16,993 nucleotides of DNA from Octopus sinensis (GCF_006345805.1 NW_021824983.1:1-16993); one strand, 5' to 3'; positions 1-9,778 are shown, numbered from the stretch's first letter. A program made the numbers and translations. Notes: generated by a model not told the origin, from the letters alone.

Positions 1-193
1 CCAACATCTACCATCATCGACACCATCACCATCATCATCATTCTCGTCATCGTCATCGTCACCATCATCATCATCATCATCACTACAACATCATCTATCA
101 TCATCATCATCATCATCATCACCATCATAATCATTATCCTCATCCCCATCCTCACCACCCTCACCATCATCATCATTCTCATCATCGTCATCG

Positions 194-226
<33 letters not shown>
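1..226. repeat. Compound (CAT)n microsatellite with CAC/CGT interruptions
   Basis: Directly visible trinucleotide repeat. Confidence 0.95.
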
Positions 227-227
<1 letters not shown>

Positions 228-477
228 TGCTATCGGTGTGTGTTTTTTTTCCTTACAAAAGCTAATCAGCCGTCCAATTACAAAATAGAAGAGAAATGTA
301 CAAAGCAAACTGATGATCCTTTTAATGGATTCGCCTGATTTCTTCGGCAAGTTCCAGGAAATAACAAAAATAAAATCGATATAAGGTTGTTGAAAGAAAT
401 GAAGGGGAAAGAAAAAATCAAACGTTCCTACCTACTTCTCGATGAATTTGCGTTTGCGTTTGATAGTCCTCACCTGA

Positions 478-496
478 AAATAATAATAATAATAAC

Positions 497-530
<34 letters not shown>

Positions 531-574
531 TAATAATAATAATAATAATAACAATAATAATAATAATAATAATT
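478..574. repeat. (AAT)n microsatellite
   Basis: Near-perfect AAT run with two AAC variants. Confidence 0.97.
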
Positions 575-701
575 TAACTTAAAAAAAATATGAACGAACT
601 ATTGAGTTTAGTTTAATGGCCTACCAATGTATACTATGAGTTTCTTTGCCCTAGGAGTCGGGAGAACACTCGGCAAGAAATGGAGCAATTATTGAAAGAA
701 G

Positions 702-716
702 AAAAAAAAAAAAAAA

Positions 717-757
<41 letters not shown>

Positions 758-925
758 TGATAATAATAATAATAATATGATAATAATAATAATAATATAA
801 TAATAATATAATAATAATAATAATAATAATAATATAATAATGATGTAATAATAATATAATAATGATAATAATAATAATAATAATAATAATATAAGATAAT
901 AATAATAATAATAATAAAAATAATA
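702..925. repeat. Poly(A) followed by imperfect (AAT)n
   Basis: A-run at 702-718, then interrupted AAT repeats. Confidence 0.95.
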
Positions 926-1136
926 TTGCTTTCTATTATAAGTACAAGGCCCGAAGTTTTAGAGGAGGGGAGTAGTCGATTACATTGACCCCAGAATTTC
1001 ACTGGTAATTGATTTATCGACCCCGAAAGGATGAAAGGCAATGTAGACCCCGGCGGAACCCGAACTCAGAACGAAGCAACGGGCGAAACACCCCTAAGCA
1101 TTTCGTCCAGCGCGCCAACGTCTCTGCCAGCCCGCC
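926..1136 (-). mobile_element. tRNA-derived SINE, group A, near full length, tail type 1
   Basis: Minus strand reads GGCGGGCTGGCAGAGACGTTGG (A-box-like), GAGTTCGGGTTCCGCCG (degenerate B-box), then core TTGCCTTTCATCCTTTCGGGGTCGATAAAT. Aligns with the units at 8264-8880. Confidence 0.9.
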
Positions 1137-1195
<59 letters not shown>

Positions 1196-1218
1196 TAATA
1201 ATGATAATAATAATAATG
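1137..1218. repeat. (AAT)n microsatellite
   Basis: Directly visible. Confidence 0.97.
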
Positions 1219-1310
1219 AAATAAGTATGAGATGAACACTGGTGGTCGATGTAATCAATTTACCCACTTGCCCGAACTTACTGGCGGCCTTGTGCCAAAA
1301 TTTGAATCCA
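1218..1310 (+). mobile_element. Group A SINE 3' fragment, tail type 3
   Basis: AAATAAGTA...ACTGGTGGTCGATGTAATCAATT...GGCCTTGTGCCAAAATTTGAA matches the group A 3' half and the reverse complement of 14035-14123. No tRNA head. Confidence 0.75.
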
Positions 1311-2531
1311 AAACTATAATACATGACCATAAATGATTTGCTGGAAGGTATTATGGAACGAAACAAAACTAGTAAATTGGCTGGCGCATATTTTTGACAA
1401 CCCTGAAGCATAAAGTTGACGGGAATATCTTGAAATCAGAAATTCAGAGATTGTTACATGCATGTACATGTTCAATGACACCGCTTTTGTGTAGGATTAC
1501 AAAATCGTATAAGAAATGCAGATAATACAAAGCGAATTCTATAGAAATCCTGACCGATAGGGTAATAGAAATTATTGTGCAGATTCAATGTACGAATAAG
1601 TCCATGTTCGTGAAACGATTTCAGCTCTTAATTATATATTTAATTTAGATTCAATTTTAAATTACATTGCGAAATAAATATAGTCTTTTATAGTTTGAAA
1701 GATGTAACACGAAAATAGAAACGGGCGTTACGTTACAATTTATAATCAATATATTTCGATTTGGGGCGGTGGGTAGGTGGTGATTTGGGGGTGTAATTCG
1801 GAGAAGATTCCGTGAATTAGCTAAAGCGAATGAAACAAGAATTTTTAATGATAAAGACATCAATTTCTTATCATCGCAAAAACCACAAAAACGAAAATTA
1901 ATAAAGAGGAAAGGAAAGGAAGCGCACAACTGAAAAGAAATGTTCACGCGGAAGCGTCGGCTTCCATCGACGCTGAATGGAATGAATGAATAATTATATC
2001 TAAAAATACGCCGGATTAAATGTCAAACAGCGAGAGACAATGACATCAATGACAAATAGTAATCAATGTATAACTCATTGTCCATTATTCACTTATGTTT
2101 TCACCACTCGTTCGTTTATTGCTTCTCGTCTTTCCTTTCGACAATAAATATAGAATGAAACATGAGGAATTACATCCGACAACAAAGAAGACTACACAAA
2201 AATATTTATAAAAGAATTAACACCATATTTAATGTAAGAAGAGAAGAGAAGAGAAAACAAATATAATATTACAATAGACAATAAATTATTTAATAATCAT
2301 ATTTGTGTTTATATTATGTTATTATGTATGTATAAAAAAGGAAAAATATTATAGAAAACAAAATTGTATTTTCCATTGCAAATAGGAAAATAACACAATT
2401 GAAATTCGGAAAGCAAAATAAAAATTACGAAAGCGAATGAAAGCAAAATTATAGAAAATATATATATTCGATAAGAATTTATAGATAAATTGCACGAGAT
2501 GAAAATAAAATTTAATAAAATTATAGACATT

Positions 2532-2812
2532 TATGTATGTATGTATGTATGTATGTATGTATGTATGTATGTATGTATGTATGTATGTATGCATGTATGC
2601 ATGTATGTATATATGTATGTAGGTATTATCTATGTATGTATGCATGTATGTATGTATTATGTATGTATGCATGTATGTATATATGTATGTATGTATTATG
2701 TATGTATGCGTGCATGCATTATGTATTTATGTATGTATGCTTGTATGTAATTATGTATGTCTGTATGTATATATATACATGCATATATCTATATATATAT
2801 ATATAATGATAT

Positions 2813-2860
<48 letters not shown>

Positions 2861-2875
2861 TGGAGAGTTGAGAGA
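2532..2875. repeat. Compound microsatellite (TATG)n, (TA)n, (GA)n
   Basis: TATG to ~2765, TA to ~2812, GA at ~2815-2875. Confidence 0.95.
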
Positions 2876-2884
2876 GGCAGGCAA

Positions 2885-3045
2885 ACAAACACACATACAC
2901 ACACAGAAATTGATGGATGTGTATATAGACACATACATACACAGATATGTGTGTATTGGTGGGTGTGTCGGTGTGTTCGTGTTTGTTTGTGTGTGTGCGT
3001 ATATTCGTGTGTGTATTTTTACGTGTTTGTGTTTCTGTGTCCATA
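2885..3045. repeat. Degenerate (CA)n then (GT)n low-complexity tract
   Basis: Interrupted dinucleotide repeats. Confidence 0.8.
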
Positions 3046-3540
3046 TGCCCTCGCGCTCGCGTGCGTGTTTGTGCTGTAAACGGATCAAGTTGAAAGGGAC
3101 TTCGAATTTCAGCCTTATATTCACTGCAAAGTGTGGAATCTTTTTACTAGTTATTGTTCTTGCATTTACACTGTGACAAAATCTTTATCAAAAGAATGAG
3201 GTGTGTATCACAAGTTTTAGAATTTGTTAAAAAAAAAAAAAAAAGAAAGAAAACAAGTAAAATTAATATCGAATCAAACATATATTCCATTCGAGCTATG
3301 ACCTGTATAATTAATCTGTTTGTTGAACTTGAAATTTTTATTTAATTTACTTCCGCGAATAAAATATCATTTCCTATTTTTGCAATTTTAATAACAAATC
3401 GTAAAGCTCATCATACACGTTTCGCTCTTTTGATGAGGCTTCCTTGCTATATATAAACACTTGTCAGGAAAAGATATTCCAGTTGTTGAATCTATATTGG
3501 GTGCAAAGACATCAGTGAATACCGTTGTTATTCTTAAAAT

Positions 3541-3857
3541 TTATTTATTTATGCGCCCCTTTCAAGCCTAGCCAGACTCCTGGCCCCGGTTTCCCGGTTT
3601 CTGTGGCGTATGTGTTCCCCACCAGCTGGACGGGATGACAGTCCATCGCAGCTTTACTCAAGAAACAGGAAGAAAGAATGAGAGAAAGTTGAGGTGAAAG
3701 AGTACAACAGGGGTCGCCATCACCCCTTGCCGGAGCCCCGTGTAGCTTTTCGGCGTTTTCGCTCAATAAACACACACAACACCTGGTCTGGGAATCGAAA
3801 CCGCAATCCTCCTACCGCGAGTCCGCTGCCATAACAACTGGGCCATTGCGCCTCCAC
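3541..3857 (-). mobile_element. tRNA-derived SINE, group B, 3' body type B2, with 11-bp TSD
   Basis: Head GTGGAGGCGCAATGGCCCAGTTG...GGTTTCGATTCCC with A/B boxes on a tRNA-Arg-like scaffold. (TAAA)n-type tail. TSD ATTCTTAAAAT at 3530-3540 and 3858-3868. Confidence 0.93.
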
Positions 3858-4114
3858 ATTCTTAAAATAGCTTTAAAATAATAACCATATTTTAACACAC
3901 ACACACACGCACGCACACACATACACAATACCCACTGAAGATCCCTCCCACGCATGAATTTGCAAGATTCTTTTTTGGGAATTCGTGTGTTGAACCAATT
4001 TTTTTTCTATCAAGTGAGAGTCATTATGCAAATATTAACACACACACTGGTTCAATTTAACTTCTTTACTCACTTCTTTATTCAGTTGTTTAAATATCCA
4101 TCTAAGTAATCGAT

Positions 4115-4437
4115 CGAGTGAATTTGTTGGAAACTGTATAGAAGCCAGTCGTATATATACATATATATAAATGTCTGTATATGTGTGTGTGTGTCTGAGT
4201 CGTTGTATCAGTGTTTGTCCCTCTCCTCTACTGCTTGACAACCAGTGATGGTTTGTTTACATCCCAGTAACTCGGCAGTTTGACAAACGAGACTGACTGA
4301 ATAAGTACCTGACCTAAGATTCATTCGACTAAATTGAACACGTAAGTACAGGCGTCGATTTGTTTAACTAAAGCGCTTTGAATCCGGTACCCCAGTATGG
4401 CCGCAGCGTAGTAACTGAAACATGTAAAAGATTAAAA
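4115..4437 (+). mobile_element. Group C SINE, 5'-truncated and diverged
   Basis: GGAAACTG..AGAAGCCAGTCGT, internal TA/GT repeat, GCTTGACAACC, AATAAGTAC and CCAGTATGGCCGCAG...CTGAAACATGTAAAAG all match the 7344-7749 copy in the opposite orientation. Confidence 0.85.
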
Positions 4438-4588
4438 AATAAGGACGTAAAAGTACTTGCAGTGCTTCATATATAAATGGCAGCCCAAGAATATAACTCC
4501 CATTCTTTCAATTCTACATTTATCTCCCATTTCTTTACTTTGTTCTAAAACTTTCATACTTAAAATTTCAACCTCTTATATGGAGCTA

Positions 4589-4974
4589 CGGAGGCGCCAT
4601 GGCCCAGTGGTTAGGGCAGCGGACTCGCGGTCATAGGATCGCGGTTTCGATTTCCAGACCGGGCGTTGTGAGTGTTTATTGAGCGAAAACATCTAAAGCT
4701 CCACGAGGCTCCGGCAGGGGATGGTGGTAATCCCTGCTGTACTCTTTCACCACAACTTTCTCTCACTCTTACTTCCTGTTTCTGTTGTACCTGTATTTTC
4801 AAAGGGCCGGCCTTGTCACTCTCTGTGTCACGCTGAAAATCCCCGGGAACTACGTTAAGGTTACACGTGTCTGTGGAGTGCTCAGCCACTTACACGTTAA
4901 TTTCACGAGCAGGCTGTTCCGTTGGATCGGGGTCAACCGGAACCTTCGTCGTCGTAACCGACGGAGTGCTTCCC
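4589..4974 (+). mobile_element. tRNA-derived SINE, group B, 3' body type B1, full length with 11-bp TSD
   Basis: A-box TGGCCCAGTGG, intact D-stem GCCC/GGGC, B-box-like GGTTTCGATTTCC. Perfect TSD ATATGGAGCTA at 4578-4588 and 4975-4985. Colinear with 13009-13388. Confidence 0.95.
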
Positions 4975-5222
4975 ATATGGAGCTAAATATTTAGCAAATT
5001 TCCGTACCGTGTTTTTTTTTCTTATATTTTTAGACTGAAAACATATATGTGAACCATTTTTATTTCTATATCAGAAAATGTTATCTTACTATTTATTCCA
5101 AATGTATCACATAAATGGTTGTTTTTTAATCCTTTTCATCTGTTAGGCAGACAGGAATTTGCATTTCGCCTGATATTGTGATAATTGGGGTGCGGGGAAA
5201 TAAAAAAAAATTCATTACAATT

Positions 5223-5240
5223 CTACTACTGCTACTAATG

Positions 5241-5306
<66 letters not shown>

Positions 5307-5338
5307 GCACTACTACTACTACACTACTACTACTACTA
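5223..5338. repeat. (CTA)n microsatellite
   Basis: Directly visible. Confidence 0.97.
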
Positions 5339-5379
5339 TTCCTATATTTCCTATTGCTATTATTGTATGAATTAAATAT

Positions 5380-5642
5380 TCATACACACACACATATATA
5401 TACATATATATATATATATAAATATATAATATATATATATATATAAATATATATAATATTATATAAATATATATAATATATAATATATATATATATTGTA
5501 TATATATATATTAAATATATATATATATTATATGAATAAAATATATATATATATATATAATATCATATTATATAGATAGTATATATATATATAGATATAT
5601 GCAAATATATATATATGTATATATAATATATATATATATATG
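5380..5642. repeat. Imperfect (TA)n
   Basis: Directly visible. Confidence 0.95.
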
Positions 5643-6034
5643 ATGTTCATACATACAGGCACGCACCTACACAGCAATATACACGCACATGTATCATATG
5701 CTATATTAATAGATGGCATATTTATATACATATGTGCATGCTGCGTATATATTTATACAAGGTGTGTAGTATGCTTGTGCATGCGAATATGCGTTTGTTC
5801 GTCCAACATAAAACACTCCAGATGTTACAACTATTTTTATGTTGTGGAAAACATCCAACGAGCATGACATTCATTATCTAACCCTATGACTGTATATGTG
5901 TCTACCTATCCAGCTCTTAACTATAACTATATCTATATGGCTGTCTTAGTCAGGCACTCTTCCACTCTCTCTCACTCTCTCCTTTTGCTTTCCAATGTAC
6001 ATGCACTTATAAATGTATAGATATGTGTGCATTT

Positions 6035-6136
6035 GTGGAGGCGCGTGGCTTAGTGGTTAGGAATAAGTTCTGGAGTCGATTTGTTCAACTAGATGCGGTG
6101 CTCCAGCATGGCAACTGTTAAATGACTGAAACAAAG
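6035..6136 (+). mobile_element. Chimeric mini-SINE: group D-like head start fused to group C 3' end
   Basis: GTGGAGGCGCGTGGCTTAGTGGTTAG (6035-6060) is directly followed by GAATAAGTTCTGGAGTCGATTTG...GCGGTGCTCCAGCATGGC...AATGACTGAAACA (6061-6133). Confidence 0.8.
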
Positions 6137-6139
6137 GAA

Positions 6140-6284
6140 TACATGCATATACATACACACACATACACACATATATATACATACATATATATATATGCAT
6201 ATATATGTATATGTGTGTATATGTGCATACATACATACATACATACATACATACATACATGCATACATACACAACACCATACAT

Positions 6285-6345
<61 letters not shown>

Positions 6346-6390
6346 CATTATATATATATATATATATAATTATATATATATATATATTAT
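6140..6390. repeat. Compound (CA)/(TACA)n/(TA)n
   Basis: Directly visible. Confidence 0.93.
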
Positions 6391-6914
6391 ACAGTTAGAA
6401 TCTGAACCACACGACCTCATGTTCCTAGATTCCTAAGATTCATATCTACATATCTTTTAATTTTTATATTACCTTCCCTAAGATGTTATTAATTGATTTG
6501 AAAACTTTTATACTATTGGAAAAACCTTATAAATAGCTGAAGATTACTCGGCATTTTAATCTGCTGTAATATTTACAGCTTTTAATAAAATGTGTAGTAT
6601 GAACACTTGTACTAAATTACCGGATTCATTCTTGTTGCTTATTTTTTGTTATAATCACCCCGCATATTTTTATGGGTAACACCATATAAAAATTCTGGTG
6701 CATCTAAATTAAGTACCATATTCATTTGAATCTAAATTGTTGCTGATCTTATATATATACATATACATATATATACACATACCCATGTGAGTGTAATACT
6801 CTGCTATACTGTAATACAAAGAAGTGTTTATAGTCTCTTTGCTTGAACAACTGGAATACTCTTCTTTGTAAACCGACGTGAGATAAATTCGTGATGCATT
6901 TGCTTGCGTCAATG

Positions 6915-6916
6915 CG

Positions 6917-6983
<67 letters not shown>

Positions 6984-6986
6984 TAT
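6915..6986. repeat. (TA)n microsatellite
   Basis: Directly visible. Confidence 0.95.
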
Positions 6987-7343
6987 CAGTTTGATAGCAA
7001 AGAAGAGCGTGCGTGTATTGCGAGTTTGCATATTCAAATAGCTTCTTACATAAATATACTTTCTCAATATATTTTCAATATCATGTTGCCTATTTTTTTT
7101 TGTATCCTCATTCCATGTCTTTTAAGAAGCAACATATTATTTTACAATGTTCAAAAGATAACTGAATAAAGAAAATAATAAATAATAAATTAGAATGAAA
7201 TAAAAAGGAATAAATAAGATGTCATGACTTGAAAAATAAAATACCATCGCTTGCATATCTGCAAACATTGCCATTGAACTACTTTCAAAAGACATACATT
7301 TTTTTCAGGCCAATAAGCAACGCTATTTTCTTGTTTATATACA

Positions 7344-7749
7344 CTTTACTCTTTTACTTGTTTCAGTCATTTGACTGCGGCCATGCTGGAGCACCGCCTT
7401 TAATCGAGCAACTCGACCCCGGGACTTATTCTTTTGTAAGCCCAGTACTTATTCTATCGGTCTCTTTGCCGAACCGCTAAGTAACGGGGAATAAACAAAC
7501 CAGCATCGGTTGTCAGCAATGCTAGTGGGACAAAGCAGATACACAACACACACACGCATATATATATATATAATATATACATATTACGACGGGCTTCTTT
7601 CAGTTTCCGTCTACCAAATCCACTCACAAGGCTTTGGTCGGCCCGAGGCTATAGTAGAAGACACTTGCCCAAGATGCCACGCAGTGGGACTGAACCCGGA
7701 ACCATGTGGCTGTTAAGCAAGCTACTTACCGCACAGCCACTCCTGCGCC
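7344..7749 (-). mobile_element. tRNA-derived SINE, group C, full length
   Basis: Head GGCGCAGGAGTGGCTGTGCGGTAAG (A-box) and GGGTTCAGTCCC (B-box variant), then CTTGGGCAAGTGTCTTCTACTATAGCC, an internal TA/GT microsatellite at ~7545-7585, and tail GAAACAAGTAAAAGAGTAAAG. No TSD found. Confidence 0.93.
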
Positions 7750-7869
7750 TATGAAGATGTACATTAATTTTTTTGTCCACATAATTCTTCCAAGATGTAG
7801 ATGGAGGAAAATAATAATGGTGTTGCGATTTTAAATTGCAAAGAATATTTAAATAATTGTTTCTGCTTT

Positions 7870-8198
7870 GCCTGCATATGGTTTTGTGTTTAGTCACATT
7901 ACACGGCACCTTAAGCAAGTTAGTTCTACTAGAAACCTAGGAACCCCGTATAGTTGTTTTTGTTTATGTCTCCCACTATAGCTTGACAACCGGTGCTTGT
8001 TTGTTTTCGTTCTCGCAACAACCAATATTTTCTCTACGTTCAATGTATTGAATTTACCGATAGATGTGAATAGACCTGCAAAAGAGACCGACCGAGTAAG
8101 TGCTGAATTCGTATAAGACTATGGCTGATTTGTTCAACTAAACTTTTGAAAACGATATTCCAGCATGGCCGCAATCCAAAGATCAAAACAAGTAAAAG
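7870..8198 (+). mobile_element. Old rearranged group C SINE
   Basis: CACGGCACCTTAAGCAAGT, GCTTGACAACCGGTGCT, GCAAAAGAGACCGA and CCAGCATGGCCGCA...AAAACAAGTAAAAG match group C. Has an internal deletion and an unrelated insert at ~8015-8075. Confidence 0.75.
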
Positions 8199-8263
8199 CT
8201 TCAGTATAAAATTTAATCTGAGGTGAACAGAAATCCCTTGAGCTTGGAACTGTTGATAATATC

Positions 8264-8464
8264 CTTTTCTACTTCAGGCAAAAGGCTCAACATTTGGGGG
8301 GGAGGTAGGGGCATTTGATTAGGTCGATCCAGTAGGCAACAAGTACGCAATTTATCGACCCTGAAAGGACGAAAGGCAAAGTCGACCTCGGCGGAATTTG
8401 AACTCAGATCGTAAGGACAGGTGAAATGCCGCTAAGCATTTCGGCCTGGTGTGCTAACGTTTCT
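8264..8464 (-). mobile_element. Group A SINE unit 1 (tail type 1), lacking ~15 nt of the head
   Basis: Aligns with 926-1136 and stops at GTGCTAACGTTTCT. More diverged than units 2 and 3. Confidence 0.88.
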
Positions 8465-8645
8465 TATTTCTTTATTGCCCACAGGGAGGCTAAATATTGA
8501 GGGGACAAACAAGGACAGACAAAGGGATTAAGTCGATTACATCGACCTCAGTGCGTAACTGGTGCTTAATTTATCGACCCCGAAAGAATGAAAGGTAAAG
8601 TCGATCTCTGCGGAATTTGAACTCAGAACATAACGGCAGACGAAG
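8465..8645 (-). mobile_element. Group A SINE unit 2 (tail type 2), 5'-truncated
   Basis: Roughly 89% identical by eye to unit 3; stops at CGGCAGACGAA. Confidence 0.9.
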
Positions 8646-8880
8646 TATCTATTTCTTTACTACCCACAAGGGGCTAAACACAGAGAGGACAAACAAGGAC
8701 AGACAAACGGATTAAGTCGATTATATCGACCCCAGTGCATAACTGGTACTTAATTTATCGACCCTTAAATGATGAAAGGCAAAGTCAACCTCGGCGGAAT
8801 TTGAACTCAGAACGTAACGGCAGACGAAATACCGCTAAGCATTTCGCCCGGCGTGCTAACGTTTCTGCCAGCTCGTCGCC
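8646..8880 (-). mobile_element. Group A SINE unit 3 (tail type 2) with complete head
   Basis: Minus strand GGCGACGAGCTGGCAGAAACGTTAG (A-box), GAGTTCAAATTCC (B-box), core, and tail GGGTAGTAAAGAAATAGATA. Confidence 0.93.
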
Positions 8881-9714
8881 TTGGAGCTTTCGATAATATC
8901 GTTGTATTTATCTGACAGGAAGTATATGTCATCGCTCTCGGAAGATGGTCTGTATAAAATGAGAGAAAACTTCATTGAAATATTGAAGTGTGTATTTTGA
9001 ATTTCACAAAATTTAACCTAGATGAAATTTGAGCCAGAAAGTCAAAAAACCAGAACAAATCGGTCAGGGTTTCTTTCTATTCTATATTGTTTTTTTTAAT
9101 GTTTTAACGATTTCTCCCGCTGCTAAAGGAAATCATGATAATTTCAATGGCAATAATACATCGTTTGCATATTTCTCAAAACAAATGAGGAACGGAACAC
9201 AAAACACAACACAAACCAATTTAGCTTCACCCCGATATCGAACGTGTGGGAAATCGCAACGAAATCAGAAGAAAGACTTAGCTCTCATTCTATGGCATTC
9301 ACCATTCGCAATAATAACCTTTCACAGGTTACTTATCACGCATCATATCGCAACATATTCGTTGTCTTATCTCATCAGAAGGCACAGCCTAAGAACCCGA
9401 TAACAGTAAACGCTTTGCCCCGACACTCCCAAACTCAACCAGATGCTGCTGCTACGTTTGTCAGAATCTGAAATAATCTAAATAGACAGCCACACTTCTC
9501 GACATTTTATCTCGACTCCATCTTTCTAAACCTCTACGTCAATAATTTTTTTTATACCAGAATATTTTTTTACTCTACACCTTACCGTTCCTTTCCTGTT
9601 TTCTATATAAAGTCTTTGTCACTATTTCCTGTATTCCTTTCTTTCTCTATTATATATTTTCTTATTTAACTATATTGCTCTTATCACACTCACACCTACA
9701 CCCACGCTGATATT

Positions 9715-9778
9715 ATCATTATTGTTGTTATTGTTGTAGTTGCTGCGCATGTTGCTGTTGTTGCTGTTGTTGTTATTA

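Noticed and set aside
641-720. Plus-strand acceptor TTTCTTTGCCCTAG|G (653-654) followed by a frame reading SRENTRQEMEQLLKEE
   Set aside because: No plausible donor before the poly(A)/(AAT)n run and no recognisable protein.
3406-3450. CGTTTCG and TGATGAG words suggesting a Penelope-type hammerhead; 7-bp stem CTCATCA/TGATGAG
   Set aside because: The order and orientation of the motifs do not give a valid core on either strand.
4590-4670. tRNA gene-like heads (also 3780-3857, 13310-13388, 14610-14690)
   Set aside because: Only the D-arm and A/B boxes survive. Acceptor, anticodon and T stems do not pair, and each head runs into a SINE body.
8264-8880. CRISPR-like or satellite interpretation of the repeated units
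   Set aside because: Units are 180-235-bp SINE bodies with Pol III boxes; there is no repeat-spacer structure, and the context is eukaryotic.
9029-9471. Longest non-repetitive ORFs (124 aa and 75 aa)
   Set aside because: Non-ATG starts, no recognisable domain, no convincing splice sites.
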